Assembly (NCBI GenBank): GCA_964199315.1
Contig: OZ116710.1
Span: forward strand, 10,602,001-10,666,000
Length of the DNA stretch: 64,000 bases
Reading direction: 5' to 3'
Origin: Orbicella franksi
Taxonomy: Eukaryota
The notes beneath the pieces are model-generated. The model did no database searches and was not told where the DNA came from. It worked only from the letters and a program-made list of their open reading frames with translations. Both the position numbers and the translations under genes were made by a program. This document shows positions 36,301-48,705 of the stretch, in pieces. Every line of letters begins with the position of its first letter. The first letter of the stretch is position 1.

Positions 36301-39300
36301 AAGCCTTCTACGCTTCAAATTTTGCCCGATTTATTTCCTCCTGCCCCAACTAACTGCCCCTGGGTCTCCGAGGATGTTGCCCCCGCACCCTTTCCCTACT
36401 TTCCTCTGTTCTAACATTTGTTTATGTATTTTTTTCCTGCGTTGCACATCCTCTGTACAATCTTAGAGCTAAGAATTGGCTTGGGAAACTGCGCGAATGA
36501 GTACTTTCCTGGCAAGTAGACACGGATCTCAGCTACTGACTTGGTCTCCTTTCCTTGGGTTGATTTAATAAACGAAAATTGACAATCTCCTTTTTCTTGT
36601 GATGTTTTAGTTAATAATGGAAAAAACCTTTTTGTTATTCCAACAAACAGATCAGCAAATACAAGTCAGACATCGATCAGCTTGGGCAAGAATTTGAACA
36701 ACAGATGAAAGATTTCGACGAGGAAAAAAGAAAACTTCTAGCAGAGGAGAGAGCCAAGACGGAAAGAGAAACAAGCTTGATGCGCTCCAAACTAAAAAGT
36801 GTCACACACCAGATGGGAGTGATGAACAATATCCTGAAAGAATTAAAACGAGAGCAGCAAGATCTTAGAATAAGTTGCCTAAAACTTGGAACTGGAATCA
36901 AACCAGCCGTTCGCGAGGCAATTAAAAAAGTAAATGTATTTCTTGTTTTAATTTAATGGTGCAAGGTGCGCCATACTATTTTACTGATGTTAACTTGTAA
37001 CTACATTGTACAATCGAACCTCCCGTAAGCGTGTATTTTTGTGAGAACAAACAAGCTGTCCGCTTATGAAAGGTTAAAAATGTAGTGTTTGTATGTGGCT
37101 GGTGTTTGTATGTCAGTTTATGTGATTGACCAGACTTGTTCGTTAGTACACTAGTAGACGTTTTTAACCATGACTTCCAATACTCCCTGTCTGTGGAAAC
37201 CAAACTGAACTTCCAGCTACGTTCATCACTTGTGCTGTGAGTTAACACTTTAACTTCATGAGGAAATTTTCTCTCCGTTTACTAACAGATAACAAAACGG
37301 ATCGAAGGAATTGACGACAAAAACAAAGAGCTTGTAACGAAATATAAGAAGGAGATGACTTTAAGGAAGAAACTGCACAACGAGTTGGTGGACTTAAAGG
37401 GCAACATCCGGGTATACTGCCGAGTTAGACCTCTGATAAAAGAAGATGGAGGAGGAAAACATGCTGAAAATGTCATCTCCTTTGATGAGGATGATGATGC
37501 CATCCTGAACGTCTTCTCAAAGGGAGCACCAAAACTATTCGAGATGGATAAAGTGTTTAGACCAGAATCCACTCAAGAGCAGGTAAGAAATAATTCAACT
37601 GACCTGAACAAATACCCCATTTGATTGACATAGTGTGGTGTAATTTCCACTTGCCATCTTGCATACTTAAGCAACCTCTTCGTCGAAAACTGCGCATTCA
37701 GACAATTTGCGGAGATAACGTTTTTCACATCAGAAGAAACCTGTTAGTTTTCTCCCTAAGAGAAAGAAACCGCTACTTAAAGAGGTCGCAGTAATAACAA
37801 ATCAAGTCGTACCAGGAATTTCACAATTTCCAGGGTTCCAGATAAGTTTTCAAGGTAGGGTGCCAATGAGGAATTCCAAGGGACCAATTTCTATTGCTCC
37901 CACCAAATCACTATAAATTTTCTGTTAATTTGTCGGGTCATGTGGCTGACCTCGTCGGGTTTTTACCTGAGACCCCTCACTTATCTGGAACACTGAATTC
38001 CTCATCCGCGGATAAAAGCTTGGAGTGAAACAAGCCGGCAAATTTCGGTTTTAATATTGTTCTTGTAAGTGTGTGATTCTCTTATGTTTTTAAAGGTTTT
38101 CGAGGAAGTCAAGTCGCTGATTGTGTCCTGTATCGATGGTTATAATGTGTGTATCTTTGCCTACGGTCAAACTGGCAGCGGCAAAACATTTACAATGGAG
38201 GTAAACCCTGAGCGTTGTATTCTCATTTTTTATAATAACTGATCGTTGACTTCAGTAGTGATTGCCTGCTAAACCCTCTTCACGTCACTAATCGTATAAA
38301 GCCCCTAGGGGTTTCTGCAATCAAAGACGTTTTCAAGGGAAGGGCGCGGTCTTTACGGTCATGAGTCACGCAAGACTAAAGCGAATAGGAGCGCTGCTTC
38401 TAATCATGTTTGCAAGCCATGTATTCGTAGTCTCTTTAGACTTGTCTGGAGACGTCGCTTTCTTAACGTGAACTCATGTGAGGGTAGCGGAGTGTTTTCC
38501 ATAGCTGATTCACAATTCGCCAGAGTTTATTAAGGAAAAGATGGTTAAAGGTTAAGAAAAGGCGGAGAACACAGCGGTTAATCTATATTGCTGAAGCTCG
38601 AGGCAGGCTCTTTTTTTGTCATAGAAAAAGTAAAATGTTTTTGAAGCTTTCGATATAATTCTTTCACCTTTATTCTAAGATGACATGAAGTTGCTTTTGT
38701 GTTTGTTTCCAGGGCCCGTCTTCCAATCCAGGCTTAAATCAGAGAGCACTGAAACTTCTGTTCGAGGAAACACGTGACAGGGGAGTTGACTGGCACTTCA
38801 GTATCAACGTGTCTGTCATCGAGATCTACAATGAAATGATTCGTGATCTACTGGGCGATAATCCTTCAGCCAAGCTTGAAGTGAAACAAGGAAAAGAAGG
38901 TCTTTATGTTCCTGGCTTGACTGAAATACAGGTCAAGGATGTACAGGAACTAAACGAGGTATGGCTCACCGACCGAACAACCGACTGGATNNNNNNNNNN
39001 NNNNNNNNNNNNNNNNNNNNNNNNNNNNNNNNNNNNNNNNNNNNNNNNNNNNNNNNNNNNNNNNNNNNNNNNNNNNNNNNNNNNNNNNNNNNNNNNNNNN
39101 NNNNNNNNNNNNNNNNNNNNNNNNNNNNNNNNNNNNNNNNNNNNNNNNNNNNNNNNNNNNNNNNNNNNNNGAATGATTGAATGCTTGCTTGCTTGATTGA
39201 TTGATTGAGTGAGTGAGTGAGTGAGTGAGTGAGTGAGTGAGTGAGTGAGTGAGTGAGTGATTAATTAGTTAATTAATTGATTTACCGACCTATTGATTGA

Positions 39301-41097
39301 TTGATTGACTGACTGATCGACTGATTGATTGATTGATGGACTGACTGACTGATTGATTGATTGACTAACTGATTGATTGACAGGTGTTTGCCATGGGAAA
39401 GAAGAACAGGGCTACCGCCATCACTGACATGAATGAGCATTCGTCTCGTTCTCATGCTCTTCTGTGTGTGACAGTCAACGGCCAAAATAAGACCACTGGG
39501 CACAGAAGCATTGGTAAGGCTAGCTGTCGGATATTCTTTTTGTTCTACTCCTGTTTGTTTGTTTGTTTGTTTGTTTGTCGTTTTGTTTGTTTATTTGATT
39601 ATTTGCTTGTTTTTTTTGCGTTATATTGCCTTGCACATCCTCGATGGACGTCCAAACTGGCCTTTTCTCATAACTGCAAAACTTTTTTTGTTTCTCTCTT
39701 CTTTTATTTGGTCTGATGCTATTATATGCAATCTGTGCAACAAAAGTAACATTTCTAAGTATTTTGTGCAATTTTGCGTTGTAACCAGCGTCGCTAAATA
39801 AATTTGTTCACAACACGTATGAGTAAATACTACTCATCAATATCAAAATTTTTTAGAAATCTTTTAAAAAATTTTTTAACAAAAATTTAAAAAAAAAATT
39901 AAAGAAAAAATTTAAAAAATTAAAGAAATTCACAAGTTGTCTGCTGAAACATTGTAAAATATGGAAGTATATATGGCCAATTACAGTACTAAAAGCTGCT
40001 CCGATATCTAGAAAACTAGAAATTGCTCAGAATGCAAAAAGTTGCTCGAAATATGAAAAGTTGTCAAAAAGTTGCCGAGCAACTTATGGCAAGCCCTATT
40101 CTGCTCTGTTAATAAGCAAAAAGTGATCGTTTTCTGTTGGTTATATCCTCAGGAAAACTCAACCTTGTCGACCTGGCAGGCAGCGAGAGGGTGTCAAAGA
40201 GTGGGTCAGAGGGTGCCCGAATGAAAGAGGCGCAAAATATTAACAAATCTCTATCTTCTTTGGGCGACGTTATCCACTCGCTCAAAAACAAAAACTCGCA
40301 CGTTCCTTACAGGAACTCCAAACTGACGTATCTTCTGCAAGAGTCTTTGGGTAAGTCACAATATGAATAGCCTATGTGTAGCCGTACCTACTCCCCGAGG
40401 AAAAACGATTTTCCTCGGGGAGGAGGTACGGCTGCACGTAGGGCCTCATATGAAAGTGTGTGCGACGGGAAATTTCCATCACTGCGGAAAAACCTGCACA
40501 AATAAAAAGAGTATATAATATTCTTCTAAAAAGGCTCTCGTAAAGCGAGGTTTATAAAGAAATTTTACCTACAGAGTTTAGGGTCATTTCAAGTCATTTT
40601 TCTTTGGCTAATCCGGGAGATGGTGTTCAGCCACAAGAATATGACGTCACCCGACGCGGTCGAGCTCATGCTTCACTTCTCAGTCTGACGGAGAGGAGCA
40701 TGGGTTTACAATAGATCTGCTGGGTTTTTTTTTTCCTTCACGTAAACCTTCCTAAAATACTACTAAAGGAATAAAAACAGAGAATGAACAAGAACGACAG
40801 ATCCAATTACAAAGTGCTGAGGCAAACTCAGTTGCAAAGAACGAATGTCAAAAGGAAATTGACGTCATCTGTGCGTCTGATTTCTAATTGATCATAAGTT
40901 AGAACCAATCAAAACGCGAGAATAGTTTGACTTATTATATAATGTCATGTACAGGAGGTGACTCTAAGACGCTTATGGTTGTGCAAGTAGCACCTGTGGA
41001 AAAGAATGTTGCTGAGACAGTCTGCAGCTTGAATTTTGCTCAGCGTGTCAGAACGGTGGAGCTAGGACAGGCCACCAAACGAACGATCAAAAGTTGA
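30387..41097 (+). CDS. KIFC3: Kinesin-14, KIFC3-like minus-end motor, about 887 aa as assembled
   Basis: Exons 30387-30413, 30539-30644, 30852-30935, 32148-32230, 33399-33854, 34572-34790, 35618-35734, 35815-35991, 36651-36929, 37289-37582, 38096-38200, 38713-38958, 39384-39513, 40153-40350, 40955-41097; phases consistent (2664 nt). Coiled coil then C-terminal motor: [37 protein letters not shown]. The first exons are less certain. Confidence 0.92.
32331..32559. mobile_element. Harbinger-like MITE with a related MITE nested at 32370-32450
   Basis: CAG|GGGTCAGTTGTTCAAAG...TTTGATCAGCTGGGACC|AG; the inner copy interrupts CTATCCACCAG/ATAAATCAC. Confidence 0.65.
33939..34073. mobile_element. Palindromic hairpin element in KIFC3 intron 5
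   Basis: TATTGACTGAGTGGG..CCGGACGG..ATATTTGGC / GCCAAATAT..CCGTCCGG..CCCACTCAGTCAATA. Confidence 0.75.
36234..36374. mobile_element. Near-perfect palindromic MITE in KIFC3 intron 8
   Basis: About 62-bp inverted arms around a 15-nt loop (ATCGAAGCCTTCTAC). Confidence 0.85.
38959..39383 (+). repeat. KIFC3 intron 12 made of tetranucleotide microsatellites (GACC/GCTT/GATT/GAGT/GACT); includes the 180-N gap at 38991-39170
   Basis: Direct reading of the sequence. Confidence 0.9.
40368..40444. mobile_element. Small hairpin element (TAGCCT type) in KIFC3 intron 14
   Basis: 34-bp stem with a 4-nt loop (ACGA). Confidence 0.8.
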
Positions 41098-41196
41098 GGT
41101 ATGGAATATTAAAAGACTGTTCTTGCTGCTTTTTAAATTATTAAGTTTATTTACTTGAGTAGTCAGCGTGAATTCCTGTTCCTCTGGAACTAGTAA

Positions 41197-41489
41197 AGCC
41201 TCGTCCACACTGCACCGGAAAAATTTGAAAACGGTGTTTGCACTTTGAAAAAAACGCATCAAATGTTTTTCGTCCACACTACGACTCTACGCCGTAGAAA
41301 TTTGGAAACGCAACAATCAGCGGTCATTTTGGATTTGTGTTTGAGGGAAACTCGGGCAGGGAAATCACGTGATTATCGTGACGTCATCGTTTTCGAAAAG
41401 CTCCGTTATCGTGATGGATTAGTGTGGACGGTAGGCCTAACCGTACAAATAAAGCTGCGTTTTCAAATTTCCCCGGCGTGGTGTGGGCC
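41197..41489. mobile_element. PIF/Harbinger-like MITE; second copy at 44220-44431
   Basis: Both flanked by TAA direct repeats; shared internals CGGTCATTTTGGAT.TGT.TTTGAGG.AAACTC and CAAATTT..CCGGCGT. Confidence 0.75.
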
Positions 41490-41702
41490 TAAGTTGTCCT
41501 TAATTTCCATATTATGCAGTTGGCCATTTAACAGCTCTAGAATTTTGGCTTTTGTTAGTAAAGTTGTTTGGCTGCTTAATTGTTTGTGTTTTTAAAACAA
41601 CCAGGTTACCAGACTTAACAAGGACTAGAAAATTGGATAGATAACGAATCAAAATAATATCAACTTAACAGTTTCTTTGTTTCTTTGTTTGTTTGTTTTC
41701 AG

Positions 41703-41762
41703 GAGTTAACCAGCTCACCTTCTTCGATGTCAAGGAAACCTGGAGAGAAATCCTGCGTTTAA
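41703..41762 (+). other. KIFC3: Probable terminal KIFC3 exon (coding if one A at 41089-41092 is spurious, otherwise 3' UTR)
   Basis: Strong T-rich acceptor ending TTTTCAG at 41702; donor GAG|GTATGG at 41099; phase-0 frame ELTSSPSSMSRKPGEKSCV*. Confidence 0.6.
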
Positions 41763-44219
41763 ATTGAAAGTTTTCAATGAAAATAAGATTTTCTAAAATA
41801 ATATAAAATTTGCGGAGAAGTTTTTTCTGGTCAGCATAGTACTGACATCACTTGTTCTGCTTGTTTGGTAGAATTGTCCACATCAGAGTGGCCTGTGGTA
41901 TCACAAAATGCTACGACGTGTTAATCGCTATGATATTTGGTATGATTGTAAAATGTTTCGATTTGCACAACATTGTATTATAAAGCAGGCAACTTTTTTT
42001 TAAAGATTTGATTCGTTTTAAGAACAAGAAAAGAGACTAAATGAAGAGACTCGACAAACTGAGGTCTAAAAGGTACTCTTGGTGAATAAAAATTACTGGG
42101 ACAATTAATTTTACGAGTCACCGAAAACTCGCTAAAATCAGTTTTTTGGCAGTAAAATACTTGGCTCAGTTACAACAACAACAATGCTTTATTTTCTCTA
42201 GATACTTAATACACGTTTGCAAAGAAAATTACAATAACTTAGGGAAAAGATATGTGCTTAAAGTCGAGCCAGGGGGATAAATGAACCTTGCAGTTTCCTG
42301 GTTATACTATGAACTGAATAGCTATCTCAAGAGGTCTTTAAAGAATTTGCCTTTAGGAATTATTTAGTACAATGAGAATTGTTTTACAAATTGTCATTCT
42401 TTTGGTAAAGATCTTAAGGAATTATTTGGTACAATGAATTTTTTTTTCACAAATTGTCATTCTTTTTGTAATGCTAAAGTAAACGGTGACGAATTTTTGT
42501 ATTTCTATTTAAAGTTCGGTAAAATACCAACGATTTCCTAGACATTGAATTATCTTCAATCTTGTACAGTATTTAGGCAATAAATAATTGTCTTAAGTTA
42601 TAACAAATTTTGCGTGCTTGTACAGTAACGCGAATGATTCCTAGAATTTGTGGACAATTCGTCACTTATTTATACAATTATTTTTCCTTGAAAATAAAGA
42701 GAACTTAGCATTTTATGACTCACATTGCCGTTATTGCATGTAACTTGATTCAAGGAGAGAGCGTGGTTAAAATTAAGAAGGTCTTTTGGAGCTCTTCGTC
42801 ATGTTACTAGGTAACCCCACTGACGTTTACCGCGGGTTCAGAGATCAGAGGCAGCCTCGTTTTCAGGATTTTTCAATTGTCAGTGGAAGGGAAAATTAAA
42901 AAGAGGCGCCCTGGCAGCGAGGAGTGCGTTTAATTTTCGAGGGTTTAAAAATTGTGCTTGTTGGTTCGCATATTAACTAGTCTTTCGACTTTCAATAAAC
43001 CACCGCATTCATCCAATACTGTACGGGAGTTAGCCTGGGCTTAAGTAATATGAAGCGAACAGGCGCGTCACATGGTCCCAAATACTGTGCAACCTAGCCA
43101 GCAAAACAGGCGGCTATTTAGCGGGGCAGAGTGTCGAAAGCGTTGAACGACCGCGAAACGCTGGAGTGAGCGCAGACCGCGAGAATGGAACAACGGGGTT
43201 TTTTGTGTGACATTTAGCAACGTTGACGCTCTTTGTGCTCGTATATCATGCTTCGCACTCTTCCTTGCTAAACCATTTCTGCGGGAAAAGGCCCAAATGA
43301 CAATCAATCGGTGCTTTTTTATACGTCTAATCTAATAGATATGGTAATTTCATACCTTGATCTCTTTCAGAGTTATTGTGAAAGCTGTTTGTCGGTGTCG
43401 AGAATAATGTCAAATAGCTTATTTTGTTTGTAAACAAGCCAAGATAAGAGTTTTACGTTGTAGAACTCAAGTGCTTGCTCTTATTCACAAGTCCCAGATG
43501 GCAAAATACTCTAAAAGACAAAAACCAAAAAATTATTCATACTCAGCTTTCAAATTAAAACGAGGGGGTCGGATTTACTGACGGAATATGATGGAAAATT
43601 CGTTTTAAAATGCAATCATTAAAATATTTATCTCTTACAAGTTGAAGGTGCTTCGCATTTCATTGCAATTTAATTTAGGAAATTTTTTTCTAACAAATTT
43701 ATTTGCCTATGGGTATGTGGCTTTGTGCCAGTACTAAATGTGACCTCAGTCGAGTTTTTTTTAAATCCTCAAGGATCGAAATGATACTAACATGAGGCGA
43801 ATATCACGAATCAGTACAAAAAAAAAACGCAGACAGAATGAGCAGAAATCAACGTGATACATTTACCTGCCGAATGTAAAGATAGGAATTCACTAATCTC
43901 AATGTTGCCGATGACCGGGCCGATGACTACAGTATAACATTAAGTTTCATTTTCAACTTTCATTTCTGTACATGCTTAGCATATGTTACTAGCATGCAGT
44001 TTACAAGAAGAAAGATGTTTTGAGCACAATGTACAATGCCCCTCAGTAGGCAATTCTGAAGCTCCAAAACGGTGATAACTCTACGGGTTGCATGCAATGC
44101 TCATAGCATAATCATCGCACTTTTGCTCATAGACAGGGCATATAAAAGCATGCATACATTTTTTTTTCGACTTCGGGTGGGATCCCTTTGCCTTGCCGGG
44201 TAAACATAACCGCTTATAA

Positions 44220-44431
44220 GACCCCGTTCACACTGGCTACGCCGGAGAAATTTGAAAAAGCAACTATCAACGGTCATTTTGGATGTGTTTGAGGAAAACT
44301 CAGGAAGGGAAATCACATGATTATGGTGACGTCATCGTTTTCCGTTTTCGTGACGGATTACTTTGGTTTACCTAACCGTGAAAATAAAGCTCATCATTTT
44401 CAAATTTCTCCGGCGTAATGAGAAGGGGGCC
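44220..44431. mobile_element. PIF/Harbinger-like MITE (copy 2)
   Basis: TAA|GACCCCGTTCACACT...GAGAAGGGGGCC|TAA. Confidence 0.75.
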
Positions 44432-45588
44432 TAAGTTAACATGAAAAAGATGTTACCAAGGGATCGTAACATCATCAAATGAATGTAAAATAAAACTGAC
44501 TGAAAAGCATAATACATATTCTGAAGAATATTATGAATAACTCGTTAAGAAGTGTTTACATTATACATCCCTTGTTGTCCAAAAAACCACGGGCAGAATA
44601 TCCGCAATTGAATTGAGGCCAGCTTACAGCTGATTGACTGCTTTATTTGCGTGTTAGAAGCTTGTGACAGGGTGCCAAATGAAAATTCCTGTTACTTGAG
44701 AACAAACGAGTTTTAAAAATGCCTAATCAAGTCGAGAAGCCTCTCACTGTCGAGAACGAACAATAACACCTTTACTCATTGAATTTGGGCATTTCCCAAT
44801 TACGCCTACAGCTGGCACGCAAGGACTTTTACAGACTGCCTTATTCATATCGACATAGTTTAATTTGAAAACCTGTGGCCTGGACGTGGTTAAAATGTTC
44901 AGGGCGTCCGTTACAAGACGATGGCAGAAAACTGCAAAGAGTGCAGTGCAAGCAGGCTCGACAGATGCAACCAGAAGCAAAGACACTGACTCGACCCGCC
45001 AGGAACATCCATCTTCAGTGCAGTGGGCGATTGATCTTCACAGAACGTCCCAAAGAAAGCGTTATTCCGAAGGTCAGCTACAGTTCGACAAGGCATTGAG
45101 GAAGCTGGCCGAAGTTTCAACTATATTAGAAAGATCGGCAACACTGGAGAGAGGTTTCGAGAAAGATTTAAGGACCATCCAAGCTAAACTCCAGATCGGT
45201 ATTAATGTGCGTGAGGACGCTGAAAAAAAACGAACCAAACAAGACTGATTAGAGGAAAAACTGACAGCATAGCAAAACATTGCTTATGACTATGATTAGC
45301 AGTGTCAGTTGGTGATGTCCGGCTAATAGTTTTTGTGTAATTAATCAACATTGAGTGAGATACGAGTGTTATTGAGGTCCTCACAAGCCTTGAATCACCA
45401 CAGTTTTATCACATAGGTTAACACATCAGTAGCTAAAACCTTTGTTGTGTAGTGAGCCGATCACAGAGTAAGTTTTGTCGATCGGAAACAGACGATGTGA
45501 AAATGATATGGAGGTCATCAGCACATTGCAATGAAAGTATATATAATTTATGCCGATAAATATAACATAACCAAGAATCCCAATAGCA

Positions 45589-45976
45589 GGGGGCTTAATC
45601 ATAAGCATAAGCAATAACACAGACACAGTAGAGTACTGCTGCGTAACACCATTTTTTAGAGAAATTTATCTAACAAAAAATGATTATCGACATCTTTTGG
45701 CGCCCTAGTATGTCGGCTTATGCTTATCATGGAGTTGTTGTTTTTATGCATATCGTTTATACCCGAGGATAAACTAGCCTTACTTCACAAAGAAAATGCA
45801 CGAGGGAAAAACGGCTGGTTTTCCCCTACACATAAACATAAGCATAAGCTTACATGACAAGACGCCACAAGATGTTCGTAATCACGTTTTGTCACAACAA
45901 TTTCTTAAACAAAAGCGATACTTAGCAGCACTTCACTGCGTCTGCGTGTAATGCTTATGCTTATGATTAAGGCCCC
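45589..45976. mobile_element. TIR MITE with (CATAAG)n subterminal motifs
   Basis: GGGGCTTAATCATAAGCATAAGCA / TGCTTATGCTTATGATTAAGGCCCC. Confidence 0.65.
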
Positions 45977-46359
45977 TCCCACTAGGATTCTCAAGAGGCC
46001 AGCTGGACCAGCTGGACACTAGAAGTTGACCTGGGGAGCACCGAGCCGTATCCACGCAGTGGCAGCTGGAAGAAAGGTTTGAATCCACCATCCATCTAAA
46101 TTTTCGAAAATTTAAGATGGCTCTGAACTTCTTCAATAAATGTTTTTTAAAACTTTACAAAACGTTGCATCTTATCATGCTTATCACAATTCAAAAAAAT
46201 TGGTGGTCACCGAGCTTCTCTTAAAGTTATAATTAAAAACTTAAACCTAAAATGAAAGTTGTTTCTACGGTCTCTAAGGTTGCATTGTTGTTGTGGTAAT
46301 TTGCTATATAAAATGTTGTTACCAAAAATTGTGCATTTGTGTGATACATTATTGACAAA

Positions 46360-46645
46360 GGAGGCGCCGTGGCCTCATGGTTAGTGCGCTCGTCTCCGGA
46401 TCGAGCGGTCCGGTTTCGAGACCTGGCCGGAGACATTGCATTGTGTTCTTGGGCAAGACAATTTACTCTCACGGTGACTCTCTCCACCCAGGTGTATAAA
46501 TGGGTACCGGCGAACTTAACGCTGGGGGTAACCCTACGATGGAATAGCATCCCATCCAGGGAGGAGTAGAAATACTCGTAGTCGCTTCATGCTACAGAAA
46601 CCGGCCTGGTGGACCACTTGGCTCGTATGCAGACTTTACCTTTTT
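46360..46645 (+). mobile_element. Full-length tRNA-headed SINE (copy 2)
   Basis: Same family as 11026; 12-bp TSD ATTATTGACAAA at 46348-46359 and 46646-46657. Confidence 0.9.
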
Positions 46646-47212
46646 ATTATTGACAAAAAGTGGTAGTATTGATCCATCAAAGTATAAGAGACGGAAAGAG
46701 TTGAAAAGTAGCTGATTGCTAGTCGCCCATCAGCAGTGGAAAACAATTATGAGATGGAAAAGCCGACCTTCCTGCCAAACGTTGATGTGTTGTTCAAAGT
46801 GTGACAAGGTTAAGCAGTTACCTTCAGTTTATTTGTACGTGTAATAAAACATTTCTGACGCGTCTGGCTGACAAGGTTTGATCCAAAGTGCTAAGTTGTT
46901 GCACTTATCTGATTTCGGTTATGGAGTGTTTAATACATTTCTGGCGCGCCTATACGATTCATTGCTAGCTCAGTAGCGTTTTGAATCGGTGAGAGATGTG
47001 CGTCTCTGGTTTTCCAAGAAAATTCTATGGTTCTTCATGATCTCCTTTTGAATAAGTACGAAGAATACTTTCAAACCTTTCAGTATTTACAACTGATATT
47101 TGTTTCGAGACTGCTTTGTAAACATCTTCACTGCTGGTCCATTCTAGGTATCCCCAGGATATTCTCAGATTACCAAAACAGATCACCCATCGGCATTTAG
47201 GAACCTGGGTGA

Positions 47213-47515
47213 AAAAGGTAAGGTAAGGTCTGCGTCAGGCCTGTGGCCCATACCGCCGAAGCCATGTACCTCGGTGCCTGTAACTCTAAGCGACTAAGAG
47301 TATATCTGTTCCCATCTGGAAGGATGTCAGTCCACCGCAGGATTACCCCCAGCTTTAAATGCGGCGGTACTCATTTACCCACCCGGGTGGAGAGAGGCAC
47401 TGAGAGAATAAAGCATCTTGCTCGAGAACACAACACTATGACCCCGGTCAGGCCTCGAACCCAGACCGCTTGATTTGGAGTCCAGTGCCCTAGCTATGAT
47501 TTCACTGCGCCTCCC
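47213..47515 (-). mobile_element. Older, diverged SINE copy
   Basis: Reverse complement of head (CACTGCGCCTCCC), core (GGGTGGAGAGAGGCACTG) and tail (AAAGGTAAGGTAAGGTCTGC). Confidence 0.75.
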
Positions 47516-48705
47516 TTATATACCAGGGTGTTGAGAGTAAAGTGTCTTGACCAAGAATTCAACTGACAATGCACACGACATAAAAATCTTGGCCAGGACT
47601 CGAACCGAAAACATGCACTCGATCCAGTGTGAGGTCCGTTTTTGGCTCTATATGAAGCGTCACAAAGTGTCCTAATTGGTTACTAAAAGGTATCTTTCTC
47701 TAACAACCACACATACCCAGCTATCATGGTGTAATGAAAGAGGAATCATCACTCATTAATTAATGATGTAATCTTCATTTACTCTCTACGTATTCTCAGC
47801 ATAACAACATCGCATAATAGCAATCATCAATTTAATTTATTTTAAGCTTCTGAATTAATTTAAATAGGCGAGAGTTATATTTATTTATCGTGGTGAAAAC
47901 CTTAATAAATTAACGATAATTAATGAGTTACCTTGGAGATTGGCTAAGCCCTAGAAAGCATGTCTCATGGCGCTCAGTTATATAGGAGAACAAGGCAATC
48001 GTTTTGCGAAGCAAATGCATTAAGTATAAAAAAAATCCTCTTGAAACGTTACTTTAAAAATGTTCGCCGTTGTTTGATTTAAGTAACCATGAAAACATAC
48101 AATACCATGCCATTGAACATTTTCAGAACAATCAGTTGTGTCATAATTAATAGAGGGAAATGGTTATGAAACCCGGCAAAGTTCTTTGTTGTGTGTTTTT
48201 GTTCGGTTTCGTGGTCTTGACCGTCTACAAAACACAACAGTTGTTTATTTCTGGGTGTGAAACTAACCAAAAGCAACGTTTTGGTTACGTATTCATGCAT
48301 AGTGTATGAGCTTAAAACAAAAGATTGTGCACGGTCGTGGAACTTCCAACTTAAATCTTGGCGTCTTTATTTGCTCCTTCTACGTTTGCCGGGTTTCATG
48401 TCCATTCCCCTCTATTAACTATGGTTGGGTTACTTGTAAAATAAGGTGTCAATGCAGTCTGCAAACCCAGAAATCATGCACTGATGTCAGGTTTGACGAC
48501 GGATCACTTGTCCTTTTTTTTATCTGAACTACAATATCAAGAACCTGATATAAGTACATATGCATAAAGCTTCGTTCCCAGGGTTTTCCCTTAAAAATTG
48601 GGAAAAGCTCTGGGAAGGAGTTTGGTATTCATATATAATGACCAAGAGAATGAAACTTTACCCACGGCCCCGCCTCGCAAGTAAACCTTTAGATATTGTA
48701 AGACC

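Noticed and set aside
38961-39180. ORFs containing X runs
   Set aside because: Artefact of the 180-N gap.
39845-39930. Nearly pure A/T stretch
   Set aside because: Ordinary low-complexity intronic sequence.
41095-41097. Selenocysteine recoding of the KIFC3 TGA
   Set aside because: No SECIS identified, kinesins are not known selenoproteins, and a 1-nt indel explains it more simply.
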